The notes beneath the pieces are model-generated. The model did not search any database. It saw only the letters and a list, made by a program, of their open reading frames with translations, and had not been told where the DNA came from. A stretch of 64,000 bases of DNA from Negaprion brevirostris (taxonomy: Eukaryota): the NCBI GenBank assembly GCA_030324005.1, contig JARDVH010000001.1, positions 90,525,687 to 90,589,686 of the forward strand. Reading direction: 5' to 3'. Positions 49,052 to 62,111 of the stretch are shown in pieces (the first letter of the stretch is position 1; each line of letters starts with the position of its first letter). The translations under genes were made by a program, and so were the position numbers.

Positions 49052-50032
49052 TAGCAGAATGAATAGATAGCTTATAGCTAGATAGGAAAAGAGATTAGGG
49101 GTAAAGAGTAGCTAAAGTGGCAGAAGATAGAAAGTGGGATTCCTCAAGAAGGTACCGCTGCTGTTAATGATTTATATTAATGATTTTAGTGTTAAATTTT
49201 GGTAATACCATTTTTAAAAGTGTAGAGGTCATGTGTTAGAAAATAAGAATCTAAATGACATAGAGGAACAAATGGATCTCTGTGTAAAAATACACAGATC
49301 ACTCTAAGTAACCATTAAAGTTAATAAGGCCGAAAAGAAACAACCCAACTTGTAGAGTTTATTTCTAGAGGTATAGAATTAAAAAATGGAGCTGTCACAC
49401 TAAATTTGAATTGAACCTCAGTTTAACCACACTAGGTCATTATATTATAAAGAGGAAACAGAGACACTGAAGGTGGGGCAAAAATATTTACCAGATAACA
49501 TTAGAAATATGAGGCTATACTTAACAAGAAGGGATGAACAGGCTGAGTCTCTCTTCTCTTCAAAAGTAGAGTACGAGGGATGGCATAACAGGGATCTTTG
49601 AGATTATGCAAGGTTTCCATTGAGTAAACATAGACAGAGACTGTGAATTTCCAGCCATCCTTTATGGGGGGAATTCTCCAGTCCTGCTGAAGGTGAGCCC
49701 CTGCTGTAGGTTCCTCATTGATGTGGCCGGTGAGCAACACAAACGGCCATTGACTTGCCGGCGGCCAATGGCAGGCTGTCTCTGTCATCAGGAAATCCAT
49801 TGTTGGGGTGCTGGAAAATCCCAGTGTGTTTACAGTTGTGGATAACAGAAAAACCATAGGCCGTCAATATAAATAAGCCAGTCATCATGCTGGAATTCAG
49901 AAGAGAGTTCTTTACCCTGAGAGCGATTAAATTGTGGAACTCAATACCACAGGGAGTATTTGAAGTGATTTGAATTGGTGTATTTAAGGGGAAGGTAAAC
50001 ATCTGAAGGAAAAAGGATCAGAGGGGTGTACT

Positions 50033-50662
50033 AATAGAATGATAGAATCCCCACAGTGCAGAAGGAGGCCATTCAACCCATCGAGTCTACAACGACAACA
50101 ATGCCACCCAGGCCCTATGCCTGTAACTCCACATATTTACCCTAATAATCCCCTGACACTAAGGGGCAATTTAGCATGGCCAATCAACCTAATCTATACG
50201 TCTTAGGAATGTGGGAGGAAACTGGAGCTCTGGAGGAAACCCACGCAGACATGGGGTGAATGTGCAAACTCCACACTATCAGTGACCCGAAGCTAGAATT
50301 GAACCCGGGTCCCTGGCACTATGAGGCAGCAATGCTAACCACTGTGCCACCCCAGGGGTTAAATGAGGCATGCTTTGAGAATGTAAGGCTCATGTGGTAC
50401 ATAAATGTTGGCATGAATGGATTAGGCCATTCTCTGCAATACAGTCAGTGAAATTCTACATACACTTGTCCAGAGTTACACATGCACAGTCCAAAGATGT
50501 GCGGGTTAGGTTGATTGGCCATGCTAAGAAATTGCCCCTTAGTGTTCAGGGATTTATAGTTTAGAGGGATTAGTGGGTGTAATATGTAGGGATATGGGGA
50601 TAGGGCCTCGATGGGCCAAAGGGCCTCTTTCTGCACTGTATGATTCTGATTCTATGATTCTA
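50033..50662. mobile_element. Two HE1-like SINEs in inverted orientation (minus 50033-50352; plus partial 50485-50662)
   Basis: cactaaggggcaatttagcatggccaatcaaccta is matched in reverse by taggttgattggccatgcta..aattgccccttagtg. Confidence 0.85.
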
Positions 50663-53047
50663 CTTTAATCTGCTTTAATATCATACTGACCAAAAGCAAA
50701 TATATGTTAGCTTCGTAACCCACAAAAACAACTGTGATTTATCAGTTTTCCGAATCATGAGGAGACTTCTTTGGTTAAGTGAAATAGTGAATTTCGATAA
50801 TAACTGTCTTTGTCCATTCACTTGCCACCTGTAAGATAAATCAGTTTAACCATTGATATCTAGCCTCATTTTACAAAAAAACATTTTTAGTGTATGAAAG
50901 TTGGGCTATGATGTATGTGAAAAGAGGGAAAGATTTAAGTTTCAAAGCTTGAAAATAATAGAGAATTATTTATGGCTCCAATCCTAATATCAGCATGGCA
51001 ATTTTCCTCTAGGTCCACTGCTGAGTGGCCAGAGCAACTGCCTGTATCAGACAGTGGGTCTTTTAATATGATTGTGTTGCAGCAATGGTTTTGCTGACCT
51101 TGGTCCACTTAGTAACAGTTGGCCTTGCGGCTGAACAGGAGCATAGCTCCTTAACATTTTACTGCATCTTTTTGGGAATGGGAAGAACTGAAGATCTCCT
51201 TCGGACTCCACAAGATTAACCTGCTGCAAAACTACTGCAGCACCAGGTCTGTCATCCGAATGAGATTTAACCCTTGAATCTCCCTCCTCGATGGAGCTAC
51301 TTTCTTCTGGTCCAATACAGGTCAGATGTCTTTACGTGCAGAAGAACTGCCCGAGGGTGTTTGTCTAGAGCTGGTATATTGTCATCCAAATGTTAACAAG
51401 ACCCGAATTAACAACAATTACCAGAAATAATTTACAGCCTGATATTAGCAGTATTTTGTAATTTATGTCTTCAAATAATTGCTGGTTGGAAATATCAAAA
51501 ATATTTGTGAAAATTTGAATCTGCTGCAGATTTGCAATGTGCATATTTCTGGACAGCAGCAGTGCTGAGTTTATCAATAGAAAAGGTTAGGTTATGGGAA
51601 CAAGAGCATTTACATTGTCCTGAATCAGCTTAGTAATGAAAATATTCTCTGCTTTTTTTTAATCAATATGAGTCCACAGTTTAAGCATGGCATTTACTGT
51701 CCAGGAACAAATACATATCTCATCCAGAGCTCCAAAAGAATATATTAACTGCACAGCAATAATGTTCTGTTCTTATCCCAGTCATTTTTATGGCCTCTAA
51801 GTTGAGACTATCCAATTACTGCCAATTTGAGTTGAAATGTGGACTGTTTTATGGAATCTGGACTCAATTATACCTCGATTGAATTTGTTAAAATTCACTT
51901 TATCTGAAACAATTTACACCCAACAGAAAGGTATGATTCATTTTTAAAAGGACCTTTGCCCTTTTTCTTCCTGATGCACTGATTTTCATACAGGAACTTT
52001 GTGTGTCGCTCGACACAGTAAACATTAGTTCACCTAAGAAAATTAATTCTTTCCATTTGATGAACAATAAATGAACACATGCTGTTTGCAGTAGGCATAT
52101 CAGGAACAAAAATCTTGCTCCTTTCCCTCGGGATACCAAAATCAACTGCTTAGATGCTGATCCATGAACAGGATAGAGACTGAGAGAGAAGCCAATCAAA
52201 CTCTGGCCTTCATGGATTAACATATTAGATCATACCATTGTAGAAACACATGGAGGCTTTAACTTCCCAGTCTGAGCTGGATTAAGACTCAAAGTAAACC
52301 TGAGAGAAGAGTTTTTACAGGAATCTCCCAAACTCCTTCTATAACTTTGATAGGAAAACAACAGAAAGCTTGGAGAAATGCTGTAAATTGTCTTTTACAC
52401 CATTGCTGCAGAGTATTGACTAATCTACAGTTGAGGCCTTGGCAAGGGATTAGGAAAACATTCATGTTCTTCATACCATGTTTAACATTTCTCTACATAC
52501 AGCACACAACAGACATCTTTAGCAGTTTGCTAACTATAGCCCACATCAATGTAATAATTCCTTTTCCTGTTATCAAGCAGAATAATTTTAGGATTGCCAA
52601 ACATTCCAAGTAAAACCACCAGAGATTCCAATGGCAAAAACTGGATGAAATCCCAAACAGATAGATATCCTATATATTAATCCCGGGTTTTTGCTGCCTA
52701 TTGTTTATTGCCAACAATTCCTTGCTCCTAAAGCTCAAATATCCTTTGAAAATATTTACCAGTCTTTTCAATTTCTGACTCACTGATCACCATTTAAAAT
52801 TTGCAAATTGATTCCACCTCCTGGCAGACCCAATTTAGGTTTTGACCTTGTTTAAACTTCAAGTTAACTTTAGCCTAGAAGCGTTAGTATGAAGCACTCA
52901 CCCAGAAATGTGAGTTTAAAACCTTCCAGTGAACCTGAATACAGACCCTAAAATTGACTCATAAAATTATACAGCATTCCTTTCCTTCAAAAGTATAATG
53001 TATATTTAACACTTAGCAGATAAAAATTGACTTTATGATCAATGTCA

Positions 53048-53336
53048 AAAGTTTAAGTAATATCACAAGTAGTCTTACATTAACACTGCAATGAAGTTAC
53101 TGAGAAAATCCCCTAGTCGCTATACTCCAAAGCCTGTTCCGGTAGACTGAGAGAGAATTTAGCATGGCCAATGCACTTAACCAGCATGTTTTTTGGACTG
53201 TGGTGGGACCTGGTGCATACGTGGGAAACCCACACAGAGACAGGGAGAATGTGTAGATTCTGCACAGACAGTGACCCAAACCGGGAATGAAACCTAGGTC
53301 TCTAGCGCAATGAGGCAGCAGTGCTAACCACTGTGC
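53048..53336 (-). mobile_element. V-SINE (non-CR1 tail type)
   Basis: cttacattaacactgcaatgaagttactgagaaaatcccctagtcgc...gtgctaaccactgtgc. Confidence 0.88.
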
Positions 53337-53974
53337 NNNNNNNNNNNNNNNNNNNNNNNNNNNNNNNNNNNNNNNNNNNNNNNNNNNNNNNNNNNNNNNN
53401 NNNNNNNNNNNNNNNNNNNNNNNNNNNNNNNNNNNNNNNNNNNNNNNNNNNNNNNNNNNNNNNNNNNNNNNNNNNNNNNNNNNNNNNNNNNNNNNNNNNN
53501 NNNNNNNNNNNNNNNNNNNNNNNNNNNNNNNNNNNNNNNNNNNNNNNNNNNNNNNNNNNNNNNNNNNNNNNNNNNNNNNNNNNNNNNNNNNNNNNNNNNN
53601 NNNNNNNNNNNNNNNNNNNNNNNNNNNNNNNNNNNNNNNNNNNNNNNNNNNNNNNNNNNNNNNNNNNNNNNNNNNNNNNNNNNNNNNNNNNNNNNNNNNN
53701 NNNNNNNNNNNNNNNNNNNNNNNNNNNNNNNNNNNNNNNNNNNNNNNNNNNNNNNNNNNNNNNNNNNNNNNNNNNNNNNNNNNNNNNNNNNNNNNNNNNN
53801 NNNNNNNNNNNNNNNNNNNNNNNNNNNNNNNNNNNNNNNNNNNNNNNNNNNNNNNNNNNNNNNNNNNNNNNNNNNNNNNNNNNNNNNNNNNNNNNNNNNN
53901 NNNNNNNNNNNNNNNNNNNNNNNNNNNNNNNNNNNNNNNNNNNNNNNNNNNNNNNNNNNNNNNNNNNNNNNNNN

Positions 53975-54335
53975 ATTCTTATTGGACTCGGCAAGGTTGA
54001 TGCAGGAAGGATGTTCCTGATGGTGGTGGTATCAGAACTAGGGGTCATAGTCTAAGGATAAGAGTTGTCATTCTTAGGACTAAGATCAGGAGGATTTTTT
54101 TCACCCAGAGTGTGGCAAGCCTTGGAATTCGCTACCATAGAAAGCAGTTGAGGCTAAAACTTCACATGTTTTCAAGAAGAGTTAGATATAGCATTTGGGC
54201 AAAGCGGATCAAAGAATATGGGGGGAAAACAGGATCATGTTCTCGAGTCAGATGATCAGCCATGATCTTAATGAATGACAGAGCAGGCTCGAAGGTTTGA
54301 ATGGCCTTCTCCTATTCCTATTTTCTATGTTTGTA
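53975..54335 (+). mobile_element. CR1 3' end
   Basis: KVDAGRMF, ttttttcacccagag and tail ggccttctcctattcctattttctatgttt. Confidence 0.85.
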
Positions 54336-54874
54336 TGGTATAACAATGATAATAAAAACACTTTTCTAGTACAATAGTGTCTAAAATATGAACTTTAACT
54401 TTGAAAGAGAATTATTAATGCATATGTGTCCAAACAGCTAAGATCCTAATGATAGCACGTTAATGAAATAATTCAATCGATACAATTCAAAGAAGGCTGG
54501 TGCTAGAGCTACAAGGCATTCAAGCCCAAGCCTGAATCCTGGTCAATTAAAGGTGGTGTTGAAAGAGCTTGACGTGTGATATCTGCTCTGTTTGGTACAC
54601 CAAAACCTCTCACTAGAGAAAAGCGGGGCAGTGTGCGTATATGAGGTTATGGACAAGCTTATACCCATAACACTGGAAAAATACATAGTAGAAGCTGGCA
54701 CATGCTCAACATAAAATGGGTCCAATTTTCAGGGACAGGGTCCAAGTGCAACACAGTTGTTGGCATCAATTTCACATTTTCCACTGGACCATGTTGAATT
54801 CTTATACAGCATCGTAAGTCTATCATTTGTGGCCTTGCACATCCAAAAAACATACATCACTGTAAATTACAGCA

Positions 54875-55282
54875 AATAATTTGTGCTTCTATAGTGTCTT
54901 TCACAACCACAGGATGCCTCAAAGCCAGTGAAATACTTTTTGAAGTGTACCCAATGTTATAATGTTGGAAACACAGCAGTCAATTTGCTCACATCAAGGC
55001 CCCACAAATAGCATGCAAAATTATTGTTGTGAGATAAATATTTGCCAGGACACCAGCAAGAATTTCCCTGCTTTTCATCAAAATAATGTCATGTGTTTAT
55101 TTATATCCACCTGAGATTACAGACTGGGCCTCAATTCAAAGTCCTGTTTAAGGCATAACATCTTTGATAGTGCAGCAGTCTTTTACCTGAAAGTTAGTTT
55201 ACATTAAGAGAGCAAGACTTTGGAATGGGCCTGTAAATGCGCACCTTTTGAATCAGAGATGACAGTGCCACCACTAGACAAC
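54875..55282 (-). mobile_element. Deu-domain SINE (SacSINE1-like)
   Basis: Reverse of the family at 23798-24240: ctttcacaacc.caggatg...ttgaagtgta...gagataaatattt.gccagg...gaatcagag.tgacagtgc.acc. Confidence 0.75.
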
Positions 55283-56010
55283 AGTTAATTCCTCAAAAAC
55301 GTAGAGAAGACTTGGCACCTTCATGCCTTGAAAAGGCTCATACAATATAACACAATCTTGCTGAGGAAACAGTATTGCTTAATGACATGTTCGTTGTGCA
55401 GCTCCTACAGCTCACAATTACGCTTAACGTCATTACGATAAGGATTTGGAAGGGTTTCAGCAATGAGCAAATGGTGGCCAAGAAAGTGAATGACAAAATT
55501 TGCAAGAAATATAAAAACCGGTTGCAAGGGTTTTTACAAGTATGCAAAATGAAGGAGATTAGCAAAAGTAAACATGGGTTCCTTGTCAAGGCAGAGACAG
55601 GAGAAATTATAATAGGGATTAAGGAAATGGCATGGAGTTTACACAAATATTTTGCATTTGTATTCCGAGTATAAGACACAGAGTGATGATGATCAATTCT
55701 CCCATCATTTTAACAGATGAGTTCAGCAAGGAGACTGTTAACAATCCAGGTCTCTGTTGTCTTTTATGTGATGTTAAATCAAATCTTGATTAGCAGATCC
55801 AATTGAATATTACATACAACGTCACTGTTAGAGGGGTGGATAGAGGCACTAACCTTATGCCATGTTCATTTATACTGCAGGGACCTGACTGTAATCTCCT
55901 GAAGTATTGTGATTTTTTTTGTTCATTTGATCTGCCGAGGATATTTTTTTCCCATGGGATTCAATTTACATGCTCTGAGATTAGTTCCCAGAACATACCT
56001 GTATCCAAGA

Positions 56011-56235
56011 TAAAGCAAAATACTGCTGATGCTGGAATCTGAAACAAAAACAGAAAATGCTGGAAAATCTCAGCGGGTCTGACGGAATCTGTGGGGAGAG
56101 AATGGAGCCAACATTTTGAGTTTAGATGACCTTTGTCAGAGCTCTGATGAAGGGTCATCCTGACTCGAAACACTGGCTCTATTTTCTCCCCACAAACGCT
56201 GTCAGACATGTTAAGGTTTTTCAGCATTTTTTGTT
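56011..56235. mobile_element. Palindromic Penelope-derived element with back-to-back hammerhead motifs
   Basis: About 92-bp imperfect arms centred on the perfect palindrome TCAGAGCTCTGA (56136-56147). Confidence 0.8.
56138..56180 (+). ncRNA. Minimal type-I hammerhead ribozyme motif (probably inactive)
   Basis: Stem I AGAGCU/GGCUCU, core CUGAUGA (56144-56150), stem II GGGUCA-UCC-UGACUC, then GAAAC. The expected GUH cleavage triplet reads ACU. Confidence 0.6.
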
Positions 56236-56599
56236 ACATTTGTATCCAGGTTTGGGATAAGTGTGTTCCCATAGCTGGTCACTAATCATTGCAGGTAAAA
56301 CATTTTAAAAAACCTCAATCTCAAAGAACAAACAATTGTCAAACTTTTGGACACCAATAGAAGACCAGAATGAAGAACCACCCTTTTTGTCAAAATGCTG
56401 GGCAAGTAATATATCCGTGGAGGTGTTCCAAGTCAAACAAAGTTTGCAGAGGAGTCTCATCTTGAGGAAGTAAGTAGAAGCTACACATTCAATTGACTGT
56501 AGAATATGTCCTTGATATGCAAGAATCCTCTACGTGAACCACATGGCTGATCTAGAAAAGCTAAACTGATGAGTATATTCTCTATACCAGGTATGTAGC

Positions 56600-57145
56600 A
56601 TCTCGTGAGAGGTTCATGTGCAGGATTTTACACTATTAGTTGATGAGCAAAAATGGAAGTCATCTAGTTACTTTATGAAGCTAGATTGGAGAAAAAAAAG
56701 CTGAGAGGAGACTTAATTAAGGTATTCAAGATCTGAGGATTATGGACAGGGTAAATAGTGAGAAACATTTTCCACTCGAGAAAGCACCAGATTCAAAATA
56801 ATGGGCAAAAGGAACTTAAGTGATGTGAGAATTTTATTTTCACCCAGCAGGTGGTTAAGTTCTGGAATGAACTTCCTGAGAGGTTTATGGAGGCAGGTTG
56901 GATTGAGGTATTCAAAAGGGAATTAGATTACTCAGAGTCATAGAGATTTACAGCATTGAAACAGGCCCTTCGGTCCAACTTGTCCATGCCGCCCTTTTTT
57001 AACCCCCTAAGCTANNNNNNNNNNNNNNNNNNNNNNNNNNNNNNNNNNNNNNNNNNNNNNACATTGTTAAGATGGCGGCGCGGGCTCGTTGGGCTGAAGG
57101 GCCTGTTTCCCGTGCTGTGTTGTTCTTTGTTCTTTGTTCTTTGTT
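56600..57145. mobile_element. Cluster of CR1 3' fragments (plus, minus, plus)
   Basis: ctgagaggagacttaatt.aggtattcaag (LRGDLI.VFK), the minus tail cagagtcatagagatttacagc and the plus tail (tgttctt)n. Confidence 0.75.
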
Positions 57146-57189
57146 ATTCCTGGATTGCCATCCAGCCCATTGGCACTATTTGTGTTCTT

Positions 57190-58000
57190 CAGGATAATCA
57201 GCTGGGAAGCTAAGAATATAGCTAGGAAACCAGGTTTGTGGTAGGAAGTGAAGCAATAACTTCCATCTTCCCACAATTTAATTGGAAGAATTGTCTACTT
57301 ATCCAGCACTGGATATTAGATAATTAAAGAGAATGGAGAATTGAAAGAAGTAGTGAGCCAGAACTGGGTGTCCACAGCATTCACATGGAAACTGACTTTG
57401 TGTTTTTCGATGGTGATGCTGAAAGGTAGCAGAGAAATGGGAAATAAGAAGGGAGCAAGGATAGATCCTTGAGGTGCACCAATTGCTGTGTAAGAGGGAA
57501 GAGAAGCCAATGAAAGTGATTATTTAGCTACAATTAAACACATAATAATGGAACCAAATGAGGACAGTTGCACTTAGCTGAACAACAGTGGTTAGGCATT
57601 GGATGGGGATGGTGTGGTCAACTGTGTCAATGGAAGCAGTTAAGAAAAATGAAAGAGGATAGTTTAATTTTGTCACAATTACATAGCTTGCCAGTTGTGA
57701 TTCTGAGTCATTTCAGTGTTCTGACAGGGGTGGAAACTGATTGGTAGGATTCAAACATGGAGTTCAGAGAGATGGACACAGATTTGCGAGGCAACAACAC
57801 ATTTAAAGGTTTTGGAGACAAAAAGGAAGTTGGAGATTGCAAAGTACCATTCAAGGATGGAAAGATTAACAGTTTTTTTTGAGCAGAGGAGCAAAACCAG
57901 TAGATTTGAAGAAGGACAGTGTCCAAAGAGAAAATAAACTTAACAATATCAACTTAGAAGGAGTGGTCCAGCTGCACTTAATGCTGGATGGCAATTGACA
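57190..58000 (-). mobile_element. L2-clade LINE RT remnant
   Basis: GAPQGSILAPFLFPISLLP...KHKVSFHVNAVDTQFW and SMFESYQS, matching L2 motifs PQGSVLGPLLF.LY.LPL and FH.YADDTQLY. Confidence 0.75.
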
Positions 58001-58749
58001 TGTTTTTGACCACGTGTCGCTGAGGGGCAGTATGTTGATGAGAAATAGCAAGGCGACAAGGACCAGGAAGAGAAATCATTGCAAAAGAGCTGAAAAAGAG
58101 CGAATTCATCCTATTATCTGTACTCCTGCTTAATCAACACGGTCTTTCCTCCCACAGGGAAAAGAAATTACTATGATTAATTTGGTGCAATGTTTGAACA
58201 TGTTCATTTTGTGAGCTTTCCTATCCTTTTTAAAAGAAGCTAGACTTTTGAAATGAAATAGCATGTGTCAAAGATGGGCTGATTAAATTTTGATCGCAGA
58301 GATATTTCAGCTTGAACATTTACAAAGAATTACAACTGAGCAAATACTCCCACTATCTATGGGTTGCATAGTTACTGGTGTGCAGTATTTTGGATCATTC
58401 TCAGGTTGTCTCAGGTTAGATTTAAAGTGAGCTGAAAGAAGGGGATATAAGAATAGCACACATGCTGGGGTTTGCAGCTTTATTGCCAGTTTCAACTGTA
58501 AAGTTTTTTTTTGCAACCATATTTTGGCATTGTTTTATTGCCCACTTCTAATGAATGCTGATTGAAGTTTCTTCAGTGTGATTGATACCAACTGAAGCCA
58601 TATTTTACTAGGTGAGAGGATTTTTTCTTTGCTTCACAGTTGAGCTTACTTTATCGCCAGAAAGCATACTTCTCTTATTTATGATTGGGTTATATAATTA
58701 ACACTAAGGATTATTAATATCCACGTGTGAATATCACTTCACTGTACAT

Positions 58750-60070
58750 TTATCTGCCTTCAATCCCATCAACTTTCCCAGCACCATTTCTCTACTAATA
58801 CTGATGTCCCTCAGTACTACCCTCTCACTAAATCTTGCATTCTCCAACAGTTGAAGGCTCGATCGAAGCAGCAGTATTTCGGGTGTGATAAGCCCCGCCC
58901 ACAGTGCGATTCGGATTCGCGACCTTTTTTTTAAGGCTGAATGCGTAGGGGCTGCCTGAGAACAGGTTTACAAGTCAGATCTGAATCATGCCCAGATTCA
59001 GCATTAGAATCAAAATGGTAAAATAGGGTCCTTAGCGTCAGCCTTTGTGTCCCCTGCAAGCTTATTTTCGTACTGTATTTTCCCCTTCTTAATCAATCCC
59101 TTGGTCCTTCTTTGCTGAATTCTAAACTACTCCCAATCCTCAGACCTAGTATTTTTCTTCATCAATTGGTGTGCTTCTTCCTTAGGTCGGATACTCTCTC
59201 TAATTTCCTTTGTAAGCCATGGAATGGCCCTCTTATATATTTTGCTTTTGCGCCAGACAGGAATAAACAGTTGCTGCTGTTTCCCCATGTGCTTCTTGAA
59301 TGTTTGCCATTGTCTATCCACTGTCATCCCTTTTAAATAACTCTTCCCAATCTATCAAGGCCAACTCATGCTGCATATCCTCATAGTTTCCTTTATTAAG
59401 ATTCAGCACCCTAATCTCCAAATCAACTACTTCACTCTCCACCTTGATAAAAAATTCTATGTTGTTATGCTCATCTCCAAGGGGTCTTGAACAGCTAGAT
59501 TGGCAATCATTCCCTTCTCATTACACAGTACCCAGTCTAAGATAGACTGCTTTCTAGCTGGTTCCTCCACACATTAATCAAGAGAGCTATCCTGTACACA
59601 ATCCAAGAATTCCTTCTCCATGACACTGTGGCTGATTTGATTTGCCCAATCTATGTGCAGATTAAAATCACCCCTGATCACCGATGTTCCCTTATCACAT
59701 GCATCACTAATTTCATTTTTAATGTCATTCCCAACATCAGCACTGCAGTTTCGGGATCTACATATGACACCAACTAATGTTTTTTGCCCCTTGGTATTTT
59801 TCAACTCTACCCATACAGACTCCATGTTGTGTTAATCTCTATTGTGTTAATTTCCTCTTTAACCAGCAGTACTACTCTACCACCTTTTCCTTTATACCTG
59901 TCCTTCCTAAATATTGAATACCCTGGGACATTCAATTCCCACCCTGGTCACCTTGCAGCCATGTCTCCAAAATCCTAAATATATTATAGTTGCTTATATC
60001 TATCTGCGTGATTAGTTCATCCACTTTATTGCAAATGCTCCATGCATTAAGCTACAGAGCTTTGTACACC
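58750..60070 (-). mobile_element. CR1 ORF2 endonuclease region (with a MITE fragment at ~58850-59032)
   Basis: ESVWVELKNTKGQKTLVGVICR...IRGDFNLHIDW...EFLDCVQDSSLD and TVDRQWQTFK...IPWLTKEIRESI. Confidence 0.88.
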
Positions 60071-60074
60071 TTGA

Positions 60075-61980
60075 CATTCCTGCTGTCTTACCACCATCCC
60101 ACACTTGATTCCCTCTTAGATAAATTTACAGATTCCCTCTGTGCCTCACTGGACATCCTCCAATGGCGTCATGAAAGCACTCCATTAGAAGCAGCATTCT
60201 CAACTTCCCCAACACCTCCTTTACTCACCTTTCCATCCAATGTGCCCACTGGGGGGTCTCATCTTCCCAGTCTCCTTGTCCAACTGCCCCTCATCCTCTT
60301 TTCACACTGCAATCCTATGTCTTTCTGTATCCATCCCTGGAAAAAATATCACACAGTTCATTTACAACTGCACTTTCAAAATCTCAGCTGTCAAACCTTC
60401 GGCCATTCATTTGTCACAACATTTCTGCGGCTACCTTTTGACATTCTAGTCCCCCAGTGAAACCATTACTCACTCTCACCATGGTCATTTCCCCATTACA
60501 ACTCACATCCCTGATCTCTTAATTCCAAGGGATGCAAATTTGAAAGAATATAATGGACAACTGGTTTTGTCAGGCACCAGATCTAACTGGACCACACAAA
60601 ACACTACCTAGCCCATCTTGTGTCTGCTAAAACTATTCACTATTCCAGGATAATACTGGAATGCAAAGATAATCATGACTTCTTTTCTCACTTGCGAACT
60701 GCCTTCTTAAATCTCTCTTCCCTGTTTCATCGAGCTCAATCCCAACAATCAGTGTGAAGAGTTTGTGGACTTTTATGGCATTCAGGTTGAGATCAAACTA
60801 TCAGCTGCTGCTGCCGCTTCCACCCATTCTTCTAGTTCAAAGGACCAAGCTTCCTTAAAAGTGCACCACTGCACTAGCCCTGAACCTATGTGCCAGCATA
60901 CAACGTATTGTAAAGATGTGCAACATAGCAACGGGTAATGTGGAATTGGAGAATGACACACCCAAGGATTGGTGCACAGAATCACATGGTAAAAAACTCT
61001 GGGAGAGAATAGTCCAGGGAAATGCTCAGTAAGTAAACGGCCATGACATGATATTAACCTGGGAACTATAAAACGTTAAATGGTTCTTGTTTAAATATGT
61101 AAGACTCAAAGTCTCATAAATGAGACACCACAGCAGTTAGACAAGATATTAAAGGATCTATATTATGACACTCTTCAGTACATCTTGTCCACAATACCCA
61201 GTTCCTTTCCTCAGGCATTATTCTTCTCTCCTTGAAATCAATTTTCTCCAAAAATCAATCCTTGATTCCATTGTCCATGCAAATTACTGTCTCATCACCA
61301 AGCTCTCTCTCCTCGCCAAAGTCCTTGCGCACATGGTCAACTCCAAATCCCAATTTTTTTCCTGAACATTTCTGAATCCCCTCAATCAGGTTTCTGCTCC
61401 GGCCACAGCTCTTATCAAAGTCGCAATCATCCCATAAGAGGGTAAATGTGACCTTCCTCGTCCTTCTCAACTGCCTGAAGCCTTTGACATGTTGACCACA
61501 TCATCTGCCTCAAAATATTTTCCAGTGTCACCCAGCAGAATGGGACAATTCTCACCTGGTTTCATTTTTACCTATCTACTCATAGCCAGAGAATCACTTG
61601 GCTTCTCTTTCCATTTCCAAGCCATTATCTCTGGTGGTCCACAAAGATCTACCCTTGAACCCTTCCTGTTTCTCACTTACATGCTGCCCCTTGGAGATAT
61701 CACCCAAAAGCACAGCATTCATTTTCACATAATAAGCTAATGACATTCAGCTGTACCTCAACACCACCCCTTTTGACTCTCCACTGTTGCTGAATTATCA
61801 GGGCTGCTGCTGGCCAGAAATTTCCTCATATGAAACATTGGAAAAACTGAAGTATTGTTTTTGGTCCCCACTTTAAACTCTGTTCCTAGCTACAAACTCC
61901 ATCCATCTTTCTGTCAATGGTCTGAGACTAAACCATTCCCTTTTACTCCAAGAATGACCTTCCTACCCCATATTTGTGCC
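60075..61980 (+). mobile_element. L2-clade LINE remnant
   Basis: ANYCLITKLSLLAKVL (NYRPISxLPFLSKVL-like), gcctttgacatgttgacca (AFDxVDH) and GGPQRSTLEPFLFLTYMLPLGDITQKHSIHFH. Confidence 0.75.
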
Positions 61981-62111
61981 ATTGGAGGCCTGTGACCTGG
62001 TGTTGTGAGACNNNNNNNNNNNNNNNNNNNNNNNNNNNNNNNNNNNNNNNNNNNNNNNNNNNNNNNNNNNNNNNNNNNNNNNNNNNNNNNNNNNNNNNNN
62101 NNNNNNNNNNN

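Larger units (their letters stand above)
47700..50030 (+). mobile_element. Old CR1 (endonuclease to RT to 3' end) with nested SINE, Penelope and MITE insertions
   Basis: VYRPSNS (47878), caacatggatttcaaaagggaaagtcc (QHGFQKGKS), gtgggattcctcaaga (SGIPQ) and ttctttaccctgagagcgattaaattgtggaactc. Confidence 0.8.
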
